A stretch of 64,000 bases of DNA from Phoronis australis. Its lineage: Eukaryota > Animalia > Phoronida. The notes under the pieces were generated by a model, which searched no databases, had not been told where the DNA came from, and saw nothing but the letters and a program-made list of their open reading frames with translations. Below are positions 62,424 through 64,000 of the stretch, one piece after another. Position 1 is the stretch's first letter. Every line of letters starts with the position of its first letter. Location: contig NMRA01000026.1 of the NCBI GenBank assembly GCA_002633005.1, positions 701,816 through 765,815 of the forward strand, read 5' to 3'. A program made the position numbers and the translations under genes.

Positions 62424-63134
62424 GCTGGAATTTTAACGCTGCTATCAATCCAGTTCTGCTTTGAGTAAGACTAACGGGATCATTGTTTCAGTTTGAAATT
62501 TTCGGCTTCGGCTTGACGGAATCAGCGCTGCTGTGTCTTTAATGCCAGTTATAGTTGCTTTAAAGAAAACAACGACAAAGAAAAAATCTCATAGAATGTA
62601 TTAGTGGTAGATGGACAATGATTCGGTATCATTTCAGTAGAAATTCTCCAGTTTTTGAGGAGTCTCTAAGATTTGGGAAGTCTCTAAAATTTGAGACACT
62701 GAAATTCAAGCCAGAATTGAATGTTCTTTATGCTGAAGAATGGACATGGGAAACTTTGGTGTTCCTCACATTTCTCAAATATTGAACACTACATTTTGTA
62801 TCAAAAACATCTTAAATAAACTTGTCAAAAATAACTGCCAACACACATTTTTCTTTTGCGTAATTCTTGACACTGCGACGGCCAACATTGGCCATTTCTA
62901 AAATTGGTTAGGAGCTCCGAATTTGAGCAAACTGTTTTTAATTAATTTATTTTTCAGGGTCCAAAACCATCGAACATTTTTGAAGTAGAGAGCGAGTTGC
63001 TATTTTTATGCGCCCACATATTTAACTGAGATGGAATGCACGCCGGTGCCGCTCAAAATTTCTGTACTCTACTATTGGAAGACCTTGAACAGCGTTTCAA
63101 TGCCGATTTTTTTTTTGTACTATACAGTAAAATA

Positions 63135-63465
63135 GATGGAAGAATTTCCCGGCACTGGGTTTGCAATGTTTAGAGGTGGCGCCTCCTCTAGGATATTTCG
63201 CAAGAAAGTGTCGGAGTTGCGAATCTGTTGTCAAACCCATGATATGTAAGGGTCGGGGTCGAAGGTTAGTTTCAAGATTACACTTCCGGAAAATTGCGCT
63301 TTGTTGTAGACACTGATCGTCTTTTTAATGGATTCATAGATTATAGACAACAGATTTGCAACTCCGACATTTTCTTGCGTAATATCCTAGAGGAGGCGCC
63401 ACCTCTAAACATAGCAAAATCAGCTTCCGGTTGGCTTGTATTGTGACGGGAAATTCTTGCATCTG
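63135..63465. mobile_element. Hairpin MITE with a ~70-bp near-perfect inverted repeat
   Basis: atgtttagaggtggcgcctcctctaggatatttcgcaagaaagtgtcggagttgcgaatctgttgtc (~63166-63232) pairs with gacaacagatttgcaactccgacattttcttgcgtaatatcctagaggaggcgccacctctaaacat (~63346-63412). Confidence 0.8.
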
Positions 63466-63506
63466 TTTAAAGTTTACTGAGAACGAAAAATTTCGGCATT
63501 AGTTGG

Positions 63507-63660
63507 CAGGGGCGGATCTACGTTTTCAGTAAGGGGGGGTTTAGGATTCCCGCAAAGGTCGAATCCGAGGCACGTGGCGCCGAGAGGGGGAAGGTCGGGA
63601 GGGGGGTTTCCCCCCTCCGTATAAGACCATTTTTTTGTTTTTGTAGCCAAATAGTGAAAT
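63507..63660 (+). mobile_element. MITE family B-related element, left part
   Basis: Starts caggggcggatctacg and shares gaggcacgtggcgccgag...cccctccgt with the 59640 copy. The right end was not identified in the window. Confidence 0.6.
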
Positions 63661-64000
63661 TTCCATGCATTCTGGTAAGTTTCTGGTACTAATAACATGT
63701 CTCTTGAGTTTTTCTTAAGATAATTTAAAACCCTTCTCGATTTCGTCGCATGAACGTGGCTCACAAGTTTCGTGAAACCATATTTGTGCACATCTGGGTA
63801 TGAATCACGCCACCAGCAAAAATTTTTGTTGGAACATCTGCTTATACACACCTTTTTAGCATACGAAAAGTCGTATATGAAAAAGTGTGGTGTGTGTGGG
63901 GGGTTAGACAACTACCAAATATTCAAGAGCATAAGGAGCACCCGACGGGGAGTAAAACATTGAATATCAGATGATCGCGTAACAGCAGCCTCAAGTTGTT

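Overview
AT-rich eukaryotic (invertebrate, probably lophotrochozoan-like) genomic DNA with spliceosomal introns, an assembly gap (21678-22362) and many non-autonomous DNA transposons. There is no prokaryotic content. Four kinds of protein-coding loci are supported. (1) The C-terminal ~40% of a focadhesin (FOCAD/KIAA1797)-like gene on +, with 13 distinct exons reconstructed from 7513 to 26978, one GC-AG intron and one exon present twice. (2) Two intronless rhodopsin-class peptide/chemosensory-type GPCR paralogs on - (171-1193, 3116-4129), apparently nested antisense in FOCAD introns. (3) A ~1300-aa three-exon TPR-repeat gene on - (34927-41422) whose acidic tail carries two WxxF-acidic motifs. 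(4) A two-exon Shaw/Kv3-like potassium channel on + (57973-62423) with an intact TVGYG filter but both S6 PVP prolines lost and an altered S4, i.e. a candidate regulatory/silent subunit. The most unusual non-coding signals are two ~30-bp hairpin insertions with 7-bp target-site duplications, CA-terminated MITEs with 5- and 6-bp TSDs, and a 43-bp minisatellite that arose inside a foldback element. I found no evidence of a single coherent novel multi-gene system. Protein identifications rest on remembered family motifs, not database searches.
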